From Paragordius varius (lineage: Eukaryota > Animalia > Nematomorpha), in the NCBI GenBank assembly GCA_964247055.1, contig OZ176051.1, positions 10,478,001-10,542,000 of the forward strand: a stretch of DNA of 64,000 nucleotides, written 5' to 3'. Positions 60,700 through 64,000 of this stretch are shown here, piece by piece. Within the stretch, counting starts at the first letter, position 1, and every line of letters begins with the position of its first letter. A program made the translations under genes and the position numbers. Below the pieces are notes generated by a model. It made no database searches and had not been told where the DNA came from. It saw only the letters and a program-made list of their open reading frames with translations.

Positions 60700-63565
60700 A
60701 TATATAATATGTCTGACATAACACGTCACAACAAGAGAATTATCCAAATGCTAGTGGCTCTCAACAATACAACCCTTATCCATCTATCCCCTGAACAGGG
60801 TCCAAATGAAACTACCAAGCATGTGGAATCATTTTTCAGATTGCACAAAATGTTTCCACAAAGTATATATACTTTTGATCGGCGGAGATTTTACTGGACT
60901 TATTGGGATGCACGCCGATGGTTATAAAGGTATACACAGGTATAGGTTCCGGCAACAAAGAGGGTGAAACGCTTTTAGAATTCTGCAGTGCTGTAGACCT
61001 ATTGATTTGCAATACACATTTAACAAAAAAATCAGTCTAATACATACATACATATAAAAGTGGCAACACATCTCAAATAGATTTTGTGTTATTGAATAAA
61101 CAATTCAGAAAACTTATAAATAACATCAAAACCTATGAATATGATAGACAACATAAACTAGTAGTTGCTTTTTTACAATAAATAAGAACCGACCTAGCCC
61201 TAAAAAATTGCCTTAACTTAACGTTGCTATTTAGTGATCCTATAATAAAGCATCATACATTAACCATATTACATCTGAACTAATATCGTACAAGACGGCT
61301 GGGAACATTTAAAAATCACACTTCTCACAAACGTTTCCAAAATTTGCTGAAGAAAACGTGCGAAAACGAAATCCCAGTGGTGGTGGCAAAGGGATATTAA
61401 ACCCTTATTAAATAAGATAAGAGATGCCTTTAAAAAATGGATGTTAACACGATGATGATTAGGGTTGTGCCTATTAGTCAATGACCTCGACCACGAAAAA
61501 AAATGACCTAGGTCAATTTTTTTTATTTTTTTAATTTTACAATCTTTAGGAAAACAACATCTTATATTATTTATATATGAATTATTTTGTTTTAAATACA
61601 TATGATACACATCTTTTCTTTACTTTCTAAATCATAATGAAATCATTGTGGAAATTTTTCGATCAAAAAAATCAAGTTACATGCAAGAAATGTTACACTA
61701 TATATTATAAAAACCGAATGAAGAAACATCTAAAAGAAGTTGATGAAATAAATTATATGACAAAGGTGATGGTCGAAAGCAAGCTAAGTATTTATTTTTT
61801 AAGTTTAGCCTTAAAAAATTTCTGCTTCAAAAGAAATTAGCCAGAAACATATAGCAAAATTTATTTTTACATCCTCAACTCTTAACATAGTTGAAAATAA
61901 TGATTTTCGGTTTCATTGATAGTTTAAAACCCAATTATGCTATTCCGTAGAAAACTTTCCAATGAATTACTAGATTCATGTTATGAAGATATTAAATTAG
62001 AATGGAATATGTAAAAATAATATTTCATTAATCGTCGATTCCTTTACCAATATTCGTAGGGAAATTAATATTATTGATCAAGGATCCCAAAAATCCTTTT
62101 TTATTAACTATTGACCCATTTTATCATAGTAAGACTGCCGAATATTTTAACATAAAGGAACCAAAAACATAAAATTTAAAAATTAATGCCATTGTGACCA
62201 ATAATGCAGTGAACATGAAGACTGCTGAAAATTTGATTAATACAGAATATTACCATAATATGGCATGGATGCCAATGTCATATTTTAAATAATTTGATCA
62301 AAGAATATATTAAACTTATTAAGATTACTGAAATTTTAAATGTAGTGAGCACGATTATATATTGCATTAAATCTAATAAATCGTATAAAAAATTTAAAGT
62401 ATAAAAAAATCTGAACCATCCTAAGTTAACGTTAAGTTGATGGATGACTCGTTTTTACCCAATCTAAATAATTAGAGCTTTAGGTTTGAATAAATCCATA
62501 TTTTCTCGTTAGTATTAGCTTTCTGTGATTTGAAACTTTCTATAAGTCTTTATGTATGATTCCAGGAAAGATCGTTAATTGTAGAAATTTAATTTATCAG
62601 GATTGGTGAAAGTATAATTTAAAAAAAGATATACTTTATGTAAAAACCTTTTTTATGATATTTAATCAAGTATTTATGTATGTAGTTATTTATTATTGGC
62701 ATAACATATGGTATGACCTAGGTCAGACATAGGTCTGACACCTTTTTCAAAAAAGGGGGTCAAAATCACAACCCTAATGATGATAAACATTTTCACATGA
62801 GGGTTAAAAAAAGAGTAAAAAAAATAATAGCTGACAAAATGAATGAAAAATTGAAAATGGCCAAAATTAAAATATTAATAGTAATAAAAAAGATATTCGG
62901 GTAGTGAAAGCTATAAATGATAAAAATAATAACACAGTTATTGATATTTTTAGCAATAAAATGTATTGACACAATACATGCAAAATATACTAATTTTCTA
63001 GCATTCAAACTTCGAGATACCAAACTTACCTCCAGTTATTGGGCCACCCCCAATCATTACCACAGAAGATGTTAGCTTAGCTATGCAAAAATGTAAATTT
63101 AATAAAGCGCCTGGTCCCATTGAAATTAAAACTGAAATGTGCGAGAATATTCCTGAAGCAATTTCCTAATTCACTGAGCCATTTCTGATTACAATGAAGG
63201 AAAAAATCTAAATTCCTGGAACCAAAGTATCATAATTCCAATATATAAAAACAAAGGCGACATGCTTAACTGCGACTCCTGTAGACCATTAAAATTATTT
63301 GAACATGCAACATAATTCTTTATTATAATAGAAAGGTAAATACCTCATCTTCGCAAAACCCAATTTTCAACAAGGTGTCAGCAGCTCTGACGCCATATTC
63401 ATTCTTAGTAGGTTACAAGAGAACTACCAAAGCGAAAATAAATATCAGATCTTTATTGATTTAAGCCGTGCATTCGACTGCATCCCGCGGTCCATGATCA
63501 TATTTGCTTTACAAAAAAAGAAATTCCGGAATGGATAAAAATAATAAATTTACTATATGAGAACG
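60700..63565 (+). mobile_element. Degenerate RTE-clade LINE interrupted by a hAT element
   Basis: Endonuclease: GGDFTGLIG..GNKEGETLLEFCSAVDLLICNT..TYKSGNTSQIDFVL. RT after the insertion: NKAPGPIEI, IIIPIYKNKGD, SDAIFILSRLQE, FIDLSRAFDCIPR. Confidence 0.85.
61460..62776 (+). mobile_element. Internally deleted hAT DNA transposon with intact TIRs and 8-bp TSD
   Basis: ATGATGAT|TAGGGTTGTG ... CACAACCCTA|ATGATGAT (TSD 61452-61459 and 62777-62784). Relic BED finger (ORF 61637..61840: LWKFF..C..C..MKKHL) and transposase motifs IVTNNAVNMKTA and CQCHILN. Confidence 0.9.
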
Positions 63566-63569
63566 TTTC

Positions 63570-64000
63570 CAGTTGCGTAAGAACCCAACCGCGAATATAA
63601 TCCATAAAGTAAAAGAAACATTTGCAAGGGGGTTTGCAAGAGAGATCGTTAGCGATAACGCTTCGGATTTTAGTAATGAGTACTTCATGTCTACTTTAAG
63701 TACGTTAGGGGTGAAACATATTAAGGTTACCCCCTACCATTCTAAGAGTAATGGGATGCTAGAAAGGTTAGTTGGTACAATAAAAAATAAATACAAAAGA
63801 ATAAAAATAATGCGATATCCACCCACGAAGTGTTTACTAGCCTATGGGCGTATAGAAACTCTATACACTTTAGAACAAGAGAGACCCCGGCCCAATTAAT
63901 GTTCAAGCGTACACCCCATACCCCCTTAACCTGGTTAGAGAGTTTAGCAAGATTGTTAGATGAAACCCCGACGTCAGTTTGTGAGCAATGAACCAGTATT
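63570..64000 (+). mobile_element. Gypsy-like LTR retrotransposon integrase fragment (runs off window)
   Basis: rve core EIVSDNASDF..LGVKHIKVTPYHSKSNGMLERLVGTIK; frameshifted continuation ..ETPAQLMFKRTPHTPL. Confidence 0.85.

Overview
Very AT-rich eukaryotic nuclear DNA from an invertebrate animal (spliceosomal GT-AG introns; a cox1 NUMT reads with TGA=Trp). It is not prokaryotic, and there are no CRISPR arrays or recognisable RNA genes. I reconstructed seven spliced genes by hand with splice phases checked. They are: (1) a class A neuropeptide-receptor-like GPCR (+, 8497-20256, ~1255 aa) with a ~610-670-aa second extracellular loop and non-canonical activation motifs; (2) a MAPR/neudesin-like cytochrome b5 protein (-) whose haem-ligand Tyr is replaced and which has a Lys-rich tail; (3) a PP2A B56 subunit (+, 16 exons); (4) a Gly/Asn/Pro-rich low-complexity orphan (-, 5' end unresolved); (5) AAGAB/p34 (+); (6) a SENP6/7-like SUMO protease (-); and (7) a 149-aa orphan (+) absent from the ORF track because three 23-nt introns split it. 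Ultra-short introns of 22-34 nt coexist with multi-kb introns. Intergenic and intronic DNA is packed with mobile-element debris: three non-autonomous Helitrons, Tc1/mariner-type and piggyBac-type MITEs, foldback elements, RTE LINE relics, a mariner relic, and a nested RTE/hAT/Gypsy cluster at the right end. Family assignments come from motif recognition only; no searches were run. Repeat boundaries are approximate unless termini are quoted.
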